Source of the DNA: a bacterium
GTDB lineage: Bacteria > Patescibacteriota > Patescibacteriia > S139-126
Length of the DNA stretch: 64,000 nucleotides
Reading direction: 5' to 3'
Assembly: GCA_030666865.1 (NCBI GenBank)
Contig: DAOUWZ010000002.1
Span: 24,691-88,690 of the forward strand
Part shown: piece after piece, positions 48,153 through 58,286 of the stretch
Position numbering within the stretch: the first letter of the stretch is position 1
Layout: each line of letters begins with the position of its first letter
Notes under the pieces: generated by a model
Told to the model about the DNA's origin: nothing
Database searches by the model: none
The model's input: the letters and a program-made list of their open reading frames with translations, nothing else
Program-made: the position numbers and the translations under genes

Positions 48153-49220
48153 CTAGAAAACTTCTCTATCTCCAGGCACTACTACAATCCAAGTTAAGCC
48201 TTGATTAAGTTCAATTTGCTTGCTTCCTTCACCAAAAAACTTAGTTTTCTGTCCTGGCGATTCTTTCTTCCAAAAAATATCTTTCTTCATACCATCTTGC
48301 CAAAGAATTGCCTCTCCATTTCCAAAAATATCTAACTTAATTCTCAATTTTTCATCAAGTATTTTTTCTGCGGGCACAAATTGAACTATTATATTATTAA
48401 CGATAACTAATTGTCCATTATCTAAAACATTCTTATTACCCTGTTTCCTGATATAAGCATTTCTTTTCCTATTATAGATAAATTTAGAATCATATATTTC
48501 TCCAGCGGTAAAATCAATATAAACTTCATCATTATAATCATTTCTTTCTTCAAAAATCAAATCGGCTTTATAAAGCCAATCTTCTTTATATTCTGTCAAT
48601 CCCCAAGACTCTAAAGCTTTATTCAATTTTTTTGAACTGGTAAATAAATTATGTGGCGCATTTCTATTAAAATCTCGATAAAAATAGTATTGCCCAGCGC
48701 CTGAAATTTCATTCAAATCATTTATTTCCAATTTTTTTATATCATCCAATGCTTCGGGACTACCGCCGGCATGAACATACAGGGCATCATACTCATTAGC
48801 CCATTCAACAAAATAAGGGCGAGCTGAACGCACTGGACCAATCTTTTCTATATTCTTATTTACATCAAAAATACCTAAAAATCTTGTTGCTCCACCCTCA
48901 ACCAATGTTTCATAAACAAAACGAGCCTCTGATATCCCTACCTGCGGTCTAGCTAAAAAATAATTATCAAGCATAACTGCTATCGGATATGATGGTTGAA
49001 CTACTTCTTTTTGATCCAATATTTCCTTATTTCTATTTTCAATTACACTAATTGGATTTACTTTTTGAACTCTATGAGAAATATTTTTTACATTGTAATA
49101 ATTTTCATTCTCAGCCAAAAGAACAAATATTCCAAAAATTAATATGGTAAATAATAAAAGTACTATTATAGCAACAATTTCATTTTTTTTAATAAAATAT
49201 TTTTTCTCATTAATCGGCAT
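48153..49220 (-). CDS. Membrane-anchored extracytoplasmic protein, possibly DUF3048 (YerB-like).
   Basis: An N-terminal TM segment. ARPQVGISEARFVYETLVEGGATRFLGIF resembles the DUF3048 N-terminal motif, recalled from memory and not verified. Confidence 0.35.
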   Translation of the reverse strand: MPINEKKYFIKKNEIVAIIVLLLFTILIFGIFVLLAENENYYNVKNISHRVQKVNPISVIENRNKEILDQKEVVQPSYPIAVMLDNYFLARPQVGISEARFVYETLVEGGATRFLGIFDVNKNIEKIGPVRSARPYFVEWANEYDALYVHAGGSPEALDDIKKLEINDLNEISGAGQYYFYRDFNRNAPHNLFTSSKKLNKALESWGLTEYKEDWLYKADLIFEERNDYNDEVYIDFTAGEIYDSKFIYNRKRNAYIRKQGNKNVLDNGQLVIVNNIIVQFVPAEKILDEKLRIKLDIFGNGEAILWQDGMKKDIFWKKESPGQKTKFFGEGSKQIELNQGLTWIVVVPGDREVF

Positions 49221-49289
49221 GATTTTTTATTGAAATATTTAGATTTGTTTATATGAAATAATTTTGCAACCATCTCTATAATTAATTTA

Positions 49290-49793
49290 TTACTGTGCTC
49301 CCATTATTGTATAACCATTTGGAAGTTCCGTAACAAAATCAAAATCCGGACAATTGCCCTTACCATGATCTTCTTGCAAGGTTTCAAAATTTACTATTTG
49401 TAAAATATAATACTCATTTAAACATTTGTGTGATCCGTATGAAAATTTTTTATACCGATAAAAATAATTTTCATCATTATAAGGATCTCTAGGAATATCA
49501 ATAAGAATTTCTTCTTCAATCAACTGGGGAATAAATTCATACAAGCCACCTTTTGGTTCATAAGTCGCATCCCAACCATTCCAATCATCATCTATTGTAT
49601 CTGGATATTCATTATAACGATCATAATAAATATCCAAAGCTTTTGCTATCTCTTTTAAATCTGCTTTTCTTTTAACATCTCTAACTTTTGCTCGAATATT
49701 ATCAAATCCTACAAAAAAAATCACTGCTATACATCCCGTAATTATGATAGCGAAGCTCTTTCGTAATTTATTTTTTGAATTCATAGATGACAT
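49290..49793 (-). CDS. Hypothetical membrane-anchored protein of 167 aa.
   Basis: An N-terminal TM segment (FAIIITGCIAVIFFVGF). No family was recognised. Confidence 0.4.
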   Translation of the reverse strand: MSSMNSKNKLRKSFAIIITGCIAVIFFVGFDNIRAKVRDVKRKADLKEIAKALDIYYDRYNEYPDTIDDDWNGWDATYEPKGGLYEFIPQLIEEEILIDIPRDPYNDENYFYRYKKFSYGSHKCLNEYYILQIVNFETLQEDHGKGNCPDFDFVTELPNGYTIMGAQ

Positions 49794-49926
49794 AACTCTT
49801 CTATAATTATAACATATCTAGTTACTGTGTAAAAATGATTGTAAAAAGAAAAACAGCCACGCAAACGCGGGGCTGTCTAATAAATATTTGAGATGGTTGC
49901 AAAACTATTTTATGACTATCTTATTA

Positions 49927-50622
49927 TTATTTCTTATTTTCTGACTTTTCTTTCTTATCTCCTTCCTTCTTATCCTCCTCTTTCTTATCGCCTTCATCAG
50001 CATTTTCATCCTCTTCTTTCTTATCGCCTTCATCAGCATTTTCATCCTCTTCTTTGACTGGTTCTTTTTCGACCCTTGGCGGCTGAACCAAACAAACTGG
50101 GATTGAATCATTTAAATTTAATGTTATACCCTCAGGAATTTTCAAATCTCCTATAGTAATAACTTGATCAAATTCTTCTAAAGCAGAAATATCAACATCT
50201 ATCTTCGGAACTAAATCTTTTGGCAAACAGCTAACTTGAATGTCACTTATAGATTTTACAAATACACCGCCCAATTCTTTAACCGCCTTAGATATGCCAA
50301 TAAATTCCAAAGGAATTTCTGTACTAAGTTTTTCATTCATATTTACGATATAAAAATCAATATGAATAACTTCATCAGTAACAGGATCTTGCTGAATATT
50401 CTTAACCAAAACATTAATAGGCTTATTTTCGTCAATGGTCAATTCAATCAAATTACTTTCTCCGACTTTATTATAAAGCTTTTCAAAATCATTTTTAACA
50501 ACCGTAACATGCTGATTTTTCTTTTTATGGCCATAAATCTCACCTGGTATCAATTCATCCTGCCTTAATTTACCAGCAGATGCTGATTCTAAATCTCTGG
50601 TTTTAACCTTAAATTCAAACAT
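49927..50622 (-). CDS. rplY: 50S ribosomal protein L25 / general stress protein Ctc, with a C-terminal acidic/basic tandem-repeat tail.
   Basis: Ribosomal L25 family N-terminus (MFEFKVKTRDLESASAGKLRQDELIPGEIYG), and a tail KEEDENADEGDKK x2 encoded by a 39-bp tandem repeat at 49975-50051. Confidence 0.75.
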   Translation of the reverse strand: MFEFKVKTRDLESASAGKLRQDELIPGEIYGHKKKNQHVTVVKNDFEKLYNKVGESNLIELTIDENKPINVLVKNIQQDPVTDEVIHIDFYIVNMNEKLSTEIPLEFIGISKAVKELGGVFVKSISDIQVSCLPKDLVPKIDVDISALEEFDQVITIGDLKIPEGITLNLNDSIPVCLVQPPRVEKEPVKEEDENADEGDKKEEDENADEGDKKEEDKKEGDKKEKSENKK

Positions 50623-50732
50623 AATTTTATTAATTATTTATGTAATATTTATATTAACTAAAAAATATCAATCAGTCAAGAGCTAGTCTTCAAACCTATT
50701 ATTTATGCAGAACATTAAAAATAGGAGTTAAC

Positions 50733-51518
50733 ATGTCAAATAAAGGCAGTTTTATAGATATTCGAGTAGCCCAAAAAGATTTTTATTATTTCAAAAAAAA
50801 TGAATGTTATCTTGATAACTTAAAACAAATCTTATATAGAGAATATTTAGGATTGGTAAAATATGTCGTCAGAAAAATGATCAAAAATTTTCCCAATTGT
50901 CTGGAAGAAGAAGATCTTTATCAAATCGGAATAACTGGCTTACATGAAACCATTGAAAGATTTAACCCAAATTATGGCATTAAATTTGAAACATATGCCA
51001 TCCCACGGATTAAAGGTTCTATTATTGATGAACTGCGTAAACTAAATTGGATTCCCAGATCTATTAGAGCAAAATTAAATACAATGAACAATCAAACAAT
51101 AAAAATGGAACAAATATTTCCACATGGTTATACTGACGAACAAACAGCCAATAGACTAGGTGTTGATATCAAAAATCTCCATAACTGGAAAAAATATGCA
51201 CCTTCAGTGACATTGCTTTCTCTGAACAGACCTTTAGATCAAACAAATAAAGAAAATCTATACGATGTTATTCCAGATGAAAATTACATATGTCCTCATC
51301 AAATGATTGAGGATGCAGAAATAAAAACAGCCTTGATTAAAACTTTAAAAAAACTTCCCGCAAAAACAAGAATAGCTATTAGTCTATATTACTATGAAAA
51401 ACTAACTTTCAAAAAAATCGGGAAAATTCTAAATGTATCTGAATCCCGTATTTCTCAAATTCACTCGGAAACGATGCTAAAACTAAAAAAAGAAATTAAT
51501 AAAATGTTTTACGCATGA
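50733..51518 (+). CDS. Sigma-70 family sigma factor, group 3 (FliA/WhiG/SigD-like).
   Basis: Region 2 (YAIPRIKGSIIDELRK) and region 4 HTH (LTFKKIGKILNVSESRISQIHSETMLKL), in 261 aa. Confidence 0.7.
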   Translation: MSNKGSFIDIRVAQKDFYYFKKNECYLDNLKQILYREYLGLVKYVVRKMIKNFPNCLEEEDLYQIGITGLHETIERFNPNYGIKFETYAIPRIKGSIIDELRKLNWIPRSIRAKLNTMNNQTIKMEQIFPHGYTDEQTANRLGVDIKNLHNWKKYAPSVTLLSLNRPLDQTNKENLYDVIPDENYICPHQMIEDAEIKTALIKTLKKLPAKTRIAISLYYYEKLTFKKIGKILNVSESRISQIHSETMLKLKKEINKMFYA

Positions 51519-51730
51519 ACCCCTGCTACTTGTAGGAGTTTTATTTTTGAATCTTTATTTTTAAAGTATCAGGTATTAAGTTGTTCATGAGGAATAATCA
51601 ACTAGGCTAATTAAATCAATTCGAAACTTCAGAATTATATAGTCCAATTTTTTATTTAAAATTCAAACATTTAATATTGATTTAAAATTTATAATTTAAA
51701 TTTTTTAATTCTAGCTTCTATATACTAAAT

Positions 51731-52834
51731 TTATTTATCATGCAAATAAACGCTTTGTGCCAATCCCAAAGCAATAAAAACAGCCAACAGAGCTGAACCG
51801 CCAGCAGACACAAATGGCAGCGGTATGCCAGCAATTGGAAACAAACCAATATTCATACCAATATTAACAGCCATTTGCGCAAATAAATAAATAACAACTC
51901 CTAAAACAATAAACATACCAAAATCAGTTCGAGCAATCTTGATAGTTTTAACCAGACGATAAAAAATCAAAGCAAAAAGGAACAAAAGCACCATGCTCCC
52001 CAGCCACCCCAGCTCTTCTGCAATTACAGCAAAAATAAAATCAGTTTGCGCTTCTGGTAAAAATCGCAACTGTGATTGAGTCCCAAGACCAAGCCCCCTG
52101 CCATTAAATCCACCTGATCCGACCGCTACTTTTGCCTGAGTAATATTATACCCTTCTCCCAATGGATCGGCAGCTGGATGCAAAAAAGTCACAATTCTTG
52201 ATTTTTGATAATCCTGAAGAACCCATTGCCAACTAATGCCTAGGCTAAATATTAAAAATAATATTACAATCAAATAATGCACCTTTCTGAATGGTATGAA
52301 AAAAATAAATATAAACCATATCAAAAACAAAATAAAAGCCGAACCCCAATCTGGCTGCAACATTGTCAAACCGACTAAAATAAAAGTCAAAACACCTGAA
52401 AAAATTAATTGCCCAAAAGAATAAATCGGGCGATTGCTTTGCGAAAAAAATTTAGCCAAAAAAATTATATATAAAACTTTGACAAACTCAATCGGTTGAA
52501 TACTTATCGGTCCAATAATAAACCAAGCCTTAATATTTCTTATTTCTTGGCCAAAAATCAATACTGCAACCAAAAGCCCCAAAGCTATAAAATACGCCAA
52601 CCAGCCATAATGTTTCAAACCCCTATAATTATTTACACCAAACCAAAATAAAAAAATCACCCCGATAAAACCGGCGGTGAACTGCTTATAAAAAAATACA
52701 AAAGAATCCTCAATCACATTCAAATTCAAGCTGAATAGCATTATCAAGCCAAAAATAACCAATATAATACTTGCTATCAAAATCTGCCAATCAAAACTTG
52801 ATAATAAGGATAACACTCTTTTCATACATAACAA
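51731..52834 (-). CDS. rodA: SEDS family peptidoglycan glycosyltransferase (RodA/FtsW).
   Basis: 10 TM helices and a C-terminal PFVSAGGSALLAVFIALGLAQSV. Confidence 0.8.
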   Translation of the reverse strand: MLCMKRVLSLLSSFDWQILIASIILVIFGLIMLFSLNLNVIEDSFVFFYKQFTAGFIGVIFLFWFGVNNYRGLKHYGWLAYFIALGLLVAVLIFGQEIRNIKAWFIIGPISIQPIEFVKVLYIIFLAKFFSQSNRPIYSFGQLIFSGVLTFILVGLTMLQPDWGSAFILFLIWFIFIFFIPFRKVHYLIVILFLIFSLGISWQWVLQDYQKSRIVTFLHPAADPLGEGYNITQAKVAVGSGGFNGRGLGLGTQSQLRFLPEAQTDFIFAVIAEELGWLGSMVLLFLFALIFYRLVKTIKIARTDFGMFIVLGVVIYLFAQMAVNIGMNIGLFPIAGIPLPFVSAGGSALLAVFIALGLAQSVYLHDK

Positions 52835-52836
52835 AA

Positions 52837-53724
52837 TTATCTAATAAAACTTGGATCTATATCCTGATATGTACGAATATTGCTTTTTTCCAAATGATTG
52901 ACGTCAATTATAACCTCTGGTCTTAGCCCAAGCGCCAATAATCTGTCCCAATATACAAATATCTCTCTTTGTTCATTTGGCATCACGTCATCAAGCCCTA
53001 TTATATTGAAACCGGCTATCTTGTTGCCTTGCCACAAAATTACCTGCGCGTTCATTTCCCAAAAATTATATGATGACAAATTATACAAATCAAATATCAC
53101 ATAACTTTTCTTAACTTCATCATTTTTAGTTCCACCTTGATTATAAATAATATTTTCAACGCTAACATCTGGACTAATAAACTGTTTTCTAGCATCAAAA
53201 TGACTACTACCTTTAACTTTATTCCATACCTCCCTGCCTAAAACCAATCTAGCAGAAGAATTTTTATCGCCAAAATCAAAATTGAAATAATACAAATATT
53301 TTTTTTGCCCAGGTAATAAATAAGTAGTCTGTGATGGCGTTAACATTCCGCCAACTTCAAATTGATAATTAATTTCCCGCAGGTACCATTTATTATTCAT
53401 ATTTTCAACCTCAGCTACTATATCAATAGTATTTGAACTATTTGGTAAAACTTTAGCTGAAACCACACGTATTTTCCTTGGCCCAGTAACTGCTTTGATC
53501 GCCTGATAATCAATACTATCCGTGGAAAGCTCATAAATCATCTGCTGGTGCGCTGCCGTGCCTTGTAAATATTTATAAAATTTTATACCAACATTTGCAT
53601 ATGTAGCGACTAATAATAAAATTACAAAAGAAATCATCCCGGCTTTTACCTTGAGACGATGCTCTACCCACCAATAACCAAACTGCAATTCTTTATCAGT
53701 TAAATTACCGCGCTCATCTGACAT
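52837..53724 (-). CDS. Hypothetical membrane-anchored protein, co-transcribed with rodA across a 2-nt gap.
   Basis: One TM segment near the N-terminus (MISFVILLLVATYANVGI) followed by a ~250-aa extracytoplasmic domain. Confidence 0.4.
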   Translation of the reverse strand: MSDERGNLTDKELQFGYWWVEHRLKVKAGMISFVILLLVATYANVGIKFYKYLQGTAAHQQMIYELSTDSIDYQAIKAVTGPRKIRVVSAKVLPNSSNTIDIVAEVENMNNKWYLREINYQFEVGGMLTPSQTTYLLPGQKKYLYYFNFDFGDKNSSARLVLGREVWNKVKGSSHFDARKQFISPDVSVENIIYNQGGTKNDEVKKSYVIFDLYNLSSYNFWEMNAQVILWQGNKIAGFNIIGLDDVMPNEQREIFVYWDRLLALGLRPEVIIDVNHLEKSNIRTYQDIDPSFIR

Positions 53725-53901
53725 TTATCTTTATTAATGATTATTCATATAACAAATTTATTATACAATATTTTCAATTTTATTAAAATAACAAGACTAT
53801 ATATCGAATTGCTTTTAAATTAATCTATTTATATGATATCATTATATTAGAATTAATAATATTTTATTTAATTCTTATTTCTTAATTCTTAATTTATTTT
53901 T

Positions 53902-54204
53902 ATGGACATTCAAACTACTAATGATCTTTTCTGGTTACTACTGGGGATATCAATACTGCTTTTTACCTTATTTGTCTGCTGGGGGATGTTTTATTTTATA
54001 ATGACTTTGAAAGACATTAGATTAATCACCAAAAATTTGAAAGAGAAAATGAAATTACTGGAAGATTTCATCAAAGTAGCCAAAGAGAAACTCAATGATA
54101 CTTCTCTGTATTTGAAAACCATAGTAGATACTGTGGTTAAAGTAACCGGCTGGGTTGCCAGTAAAAAAATACCTGCAGACAAATCAGATGATGAAAAAAA
54201 ATAA
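53902..54204 (+). CDS. Small membrane protein, hypothetical.
   Basis: A 100-aa ORF with an N-terminal TM segment and a coiled-coil-like remainder. Confidence 0.4.
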   Translation: MDIQTTNDLFWLLLGISILLFTLFVCWGMFYFIMTLKDIRLITKNLKEKMKLLEDFIKVAKEKLNDTSLYLKTIVDTVVKVTGWVASKKIPADKSDDEKK

Positions 54205-54286
54205 TATTTTACGATAAAAACTAAGGCTAAATGAATATACTGTGATATGTTAATAAGTATGTTCAATAAAATTTATTAAGCCCCTA

Positions 54287-54311
54287 AATTCCCCTTATCG
54301 GGGGAATTTTT
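54287..54311 (+). terminator. Rho-independent terminator aaattcccc-ttatc-ggggaatttttt.
   Basis: A perfect stem plus a T-run about 80 nt after the 53902..54204 stop. Confidence 0.7.
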
Positions 54312-54717
54312 TATTTTATACCCTTATAAAAATATAATCTAGTCAGCCATTCATGTAGTAAAGTTTAAAAATTTAATTTATGAGCGTATAAAAGTTTTGA
54401 CTCTTCTGCAAAGCAGAATTCAAAGCTTTAGCGAATAAATTAAATTTTTACTGAGCGAAATGATAGGCTGCAGTTTTTGGTTACTTTTTTGCTGCCAAAA
54501 AAGTAAAAATAAAAAAACCATAAAACATAATAATAAAATCGTTTATAAAACTCGATTATTATATCTCCATTCTTTATTCTCAACGCCCGTTTGCCCCGTC
54601 AAACAATATGTTCTATAATATATACACCCCGTGCCGTTCACCAAAAATTATACAGAGTTTAAAAAGTATTAAAATACTCTGTTTTTTATACGTTTAAAAA
54701 ACAAAAAAACTATAACC

Positions 54718-54772
54718 CCTGCCTACCGGTCATCGCTCTAAGGTGGCCTCGGGCTCAGACTCGAGGAGCAAG
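54718..54772. repeat. Repeat family B copy 2 (cctgcctaccgg-tcatcgctctaaggtggcctcgggctcagactcgaggag), directly upstream of dnaE.
   Basis: It shares an exact 15-mer with 14281-14295 in reverse complement. The 5' half carries a family A half-site. Confidence 0.7.
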
Positions 54773-54806
54773 CAGATAACATCTAAAAAAACTATAAACT
54801 AATTAA

Positions 54807-57800
54807 ATGAGTTTCGTTCACCTCCATGTTCATAGCCACTACTCCCTGCTTGACGGTTTGACCAAAATTGATGATTTGGTAAATAAAGCAGTGAAATATA
54901 AAATGCCAGCAGTTGCCCTGACTGATCATGGTGTGATGTACGGAGTAATAGAATTTTACCAAAAATGCCAGAAAGCCGGCATCAAACCAATTATTGGCGT
55001 GGAAGCATATCTGGCGCCTGGCGGACGGCTTAATAAAAAATCAGGCATTGATAATAAATATTATCACATCATTCTACTGGCCAAAAATAATACTGGCTAT
55101 CAAAACCTGACTAAATTGACAACTTTGGCAAATTTAGAAGGATTTTATTATAAACCAAGAATTGATTGGGAAATTTTGGAAAAATATTCAGATGGATTAA
55201 TAGCCCTGTCAGCTTGCCTGCAAGGACAAATACCAAAAACCCTGCTTAGCAATGAACCAGATAAAGCCGATGAAGTGGTCGCAAAATTTATTTCGGTTTT
55301 TGGCAAAGATAATTTTTATTTAGAAGTTCAACATCATCCAAATATTCCTGAACAGATAAAAGTAAATAAACAAATTTTCGGCCTAGCTGATAAACATAAT
55401 TTGAAAGTAGTTGCTACCAATGACGTCCACTATCTCAATTCCGAAGATGCTGATGCTCATGATACTCTAATATGTTTACAAACAAAAAGTAAAAAATCTG
55501 ACACTGATCGAATGTCTTATTTGGTCAGTGATTTTTCTTTTCGCGCGCCTGACAAAATGCGACAAGATTTTTCTGATCACCCGGAAGTATTATCAAATAC
55601 CTTGGAGATTGCCGATAAGTGTAATGTGGAAATCACCACCGGCGAATATTTATTGCCGCACTATCAACTGGATAATGACATAACAGCTGAACAAGAATTG
55701 AAAAATTTATGCCAAACTGGTCTAGCTAAGCGCTATCCAGCCAAAAAAGATGATCAGAAAATCAAAGACCGGCTTGAATATGAACTATCAATTATCAATA
55801 AAACAGGTTATGCTTCTTATTTTTTGATTGTTCAAGATTTTGTCAATTGGGCGCGTGGCCAAGGTATTGTGGTTGGTCCGGGCCGTGGCAGCGCAGCCGG
55901 TTCTATTGTGGCTTATTTGACTGGTATTACAAATATTGATCCTATCAGCTATAATCTTATTTTTGAACGATTTTTAAATCCCGAGCGCATATCCATGCCT
56001 GATATTGATTTGGATTTTGCTGATACTCGTCGCGATGAAGTTATCCGCTATGTTGAAAATAAATACGGTAAAGATAATGTTGCTCAAATTATCACTTTTG
56101 GAACTTTGGCCGCTCGAGTGGCAATCCGTGATGTTGGTCGGGTTTTAGATGTCCCCTATACTTATTGCGATCAATTAGCCAAACTAGTACCTATGTTTAC
56201 TACCCTTGACGAAGCTATTAATATCGTTTCTGAACTAAAAGAAAAATATAACCAGGAAGAATATACCAAAAAAATTATTGATACTGCTAGAAAGCTTGAA
56301 GGTATTTCCCGGCATTCTTCCACTCATGCTTGCGGAGTAGTAATCACCCCTGAACCACTGGTAAAATATCTGCCTTTGCAATATGCGGCGGCTGGCGACG
56401 ATACAATTGTCACTCAATATTCTCTTCATCCGGTTGAAGATTTAGGACTTTTAAAAATGGATTTCTTGGGCTTGAAAAATTTGACCTTAATTCAAACTGC
56501 CATTGAAATTATTGCCAAGATTCACGAACACAAAATCGATATTGAAAATATTCCTCTTAATGACGCTAAAACTTTTTCAATCCTGCAAAATGGCAACACT
56601 ACTGGTGTTTTCCAACTTGAATCTAGTGGTATGAAAAGATACTTAAAACAGCTTAAACCCAACGAGCTAGAAGATATTATTGCGATGGTATCCTTGTATC
56701 GACCAGGTCCAATGGAATTTATCAAAGATTTCATCAACGGCAAACATGGCAAGAAAAAAATTACCTACATTGATCCAAAACTTGAACCAATCCTAGCTAA
56801 AACTTATGGCATAGCTGTTTATCAAGAACAAATCATGGAAATTGCTAGAAAACTAGCTGGCTTTTCCTATGCTGAAGCAGATGTACTTAGAAAAGCTGTT
56901 GGTAAAAAAATTAAAAAACTTCTTGACGAACAAGAAGAAAAAATGATTACTGGAATGATTAAAAATGGAATAAATTCAAAAACAGCCAAAAAAATATGGA
57001 AATTTATTTTACCATTTGCCAGATACGGATTCAATCGAGCTCACGCAGCCTGTTATGCAATGATCGCCTATCAGACAGCATACTTGAAAGCCAATTATCC
57101 GACTGAATTCATGGCAGCCTTACTTACAACTGATCAAGACAACCTTGATAGAGTGGCTATTGAAATTGAGGAATGCAAAAAAATTGGCATTGAAGTTTTG
57201 CCACCAGAGATTAATGAAAGTTTTTCAACATTTACAGTAGTGGCTAAAACTATTGATACTGACAAGCCGAGAATTAGATTTGGATTAAACGCTATAAAAA
57301 ATGTAGGTAATAATATTGTCAAAGCACTAATCAAAACCAGAAAAGAAAATGGACCATATAAATCGCTTAGTGATCTTCTATACAGAATTCATGATAAGGA
57401 TTTAAATAAAAAATCTTTAGAAGCTTTAATAAAATCAGGCACCCTTGATGCCTTGGGTGAACGAGGCCAAATGCTCAGTAATATTGACCTGATACTAAAT
57501 TATAATAAATCAGCCAAGAAAGATGCAACCAACATGCAAACCAATCTTTTTGGCATAACAAATTCTGGTCCCCCACCACTCAACCTTAGCCCTTCTGAAA
57601 ATATCGATGACAATCTCAAACTAGGATGGGAAAAAGAATTGTTAGGTTTATATATTAGTTCGCATCCTTTAAAAAAAATTGAATCCTATTTACAAAATAG
57701 TCAAATAATAGCTTGCCGTGATGCTAGTAAACATATTAATGATATAATTCCAGTAGTCGGAGTAATTACCAAAATAAAAAAAATTATAACTAGAAGAGCT

Positions 57801-58286
57801 GAAACTATGCTTTTTGTAACTATTGAAGATTATACTGCCAGTATTGAAGCTTTAATATTTCCAAAATTATTCAAAATCACCAATCAATTATGGCAGGAGG
57901 GTAGTATTGTATTGATCAGAGGAAAAATCTCTGACAAAGATGGAGAAATAAAAATATTAGCTGAAGAAGCTAGAAAACTTAATATTGATAATATTAAAAA
58001 TAATTTTAATAACAGTCAAAACAATTCAGCTAATGTAAATATTCAAACTTCACTGATTATTCGGCAACATCAAGGACAAATATATCTTGAATTACCACCT
58101 CAAACCAAGCCAAAACTTATTGAAGAATTAAAAAAAATATTTTCTCTTCACCCTGGACCAGAAAAAGTATTACTAATCATCAAACAAGAACAACAAATCA
58201 AAAAAATTGCCACTAATTTCTCTATAAGCTATAATGAAATTGTGAAAAATAAAATTCAAATAGCATACAAAGAACACTATGGCTAA
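54807..58286 (+). CDS. dnaE: DNA polymerase III alpha subunit.
   Basis: N-terminal PHP domain (FVHLHVHSHYSLLDG), polymerase core motifs (PDIDLDF) and a length of 1159 aa. Confidence 0.9.
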   Translation: MSFVHLHVHSHYSLLDGLTKIDDLVNKAVKYKMPAVALTDHGVMYGVIEFYQKCQKAGIKPIIGVEAYLAPGGRLNKKSGIDNKYYHIILLAKNNTGYQNLTKLTTLANLEGFYYKPRIDWEILEKYSDGLIALSACLQGQIPKTLLSNEPDKADEVVAKFISVFGKDNFYLEVQHHPNIPEQIKVNKQIFGLADKHNLKVVATNDVHYLNSEDADAHDTLICLQTKSKKSDTDRMSYLVSDFSFRAPDKMRQDFSDHPEVLSNTLEIADKCNVEITTGEYLLPHYQLDNDITAEQELKNLCQTGLAKRYPAKKDDQKIKDRLEYELSIINKTGYASYFLIVQDFVNWARGQGIVVGPGRGSAAGSIVAYLTGITNIDPISYNLIFERFLNPERISMPDIDLDFADTRRDEVIRYVENKYGKDNVAQIITFGTLAARVAIRDVGRVLDVPYTYCDQLAKLVPMFTTLDEAINIVSELKEKYNQEEYTKKIIDTARKLEGISRHSSTHACGVVITPEPLVKYLPLQYAAAGDDTIVTQYSLHPVEDLGLLKMDFLGLKNLTLIQTAIEIIAKIHEHKIDIENIPLNDAKTFSILQNGNTTGVFQLESSGMKRYLKQLKPNELEDIIAMVSLYRPGPMEFIKDFINGKHGKKKITYIDPKLEPILAKTYGIAVYQEQIMEIARKLAGFSYAEADVLRKAVGKKIKKLLDEQEEKMITGMIKNGINSKTAKKIWKFILPFARYGFNRAHAACYAMIAYQTAYLKANYPTEFMAALLTTDQDNLDRVAIEIEECKKIGIEVLPPEINESFSTFTVVAKTIDTDKPRIRFGLNAIKNVGNNIVKALIKTRKENGPYKSLSDLLYRIHDKDLNKKSLEALIKSGTLDALGERGQMLSNIDLILNYNKSAKKDATNMQTNLFGITNSGPPPLNLSPSENIDDNLKLGWEKELLGLYISSHPLKKIESYLQNSQIIACRDASKHINDIIPVVGVITKIKKIITRRAETMLFVTIEDYTASIEALIFPKLFKITNQLWQEGSIVLIRGKISDKDGEIKILAEEARKLNIDNIKNNFNNSQNNSANVNIQTSLIIRQHQGQIYLELPPQTKPKLIEELKKIFSLHPGPEKVLLIIKQEQQIKKIATNFSISYNEIVKNKIQIAYKEHYG

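Noticed and set aside
49905-50111. ORF 49905-50111 (68 aa, Lys/Arg/Met-rich)
   Set aside because: This is an alternative frame of the rplY C-terminal tandem repeat on the same strand and is an artefact of the repeat.
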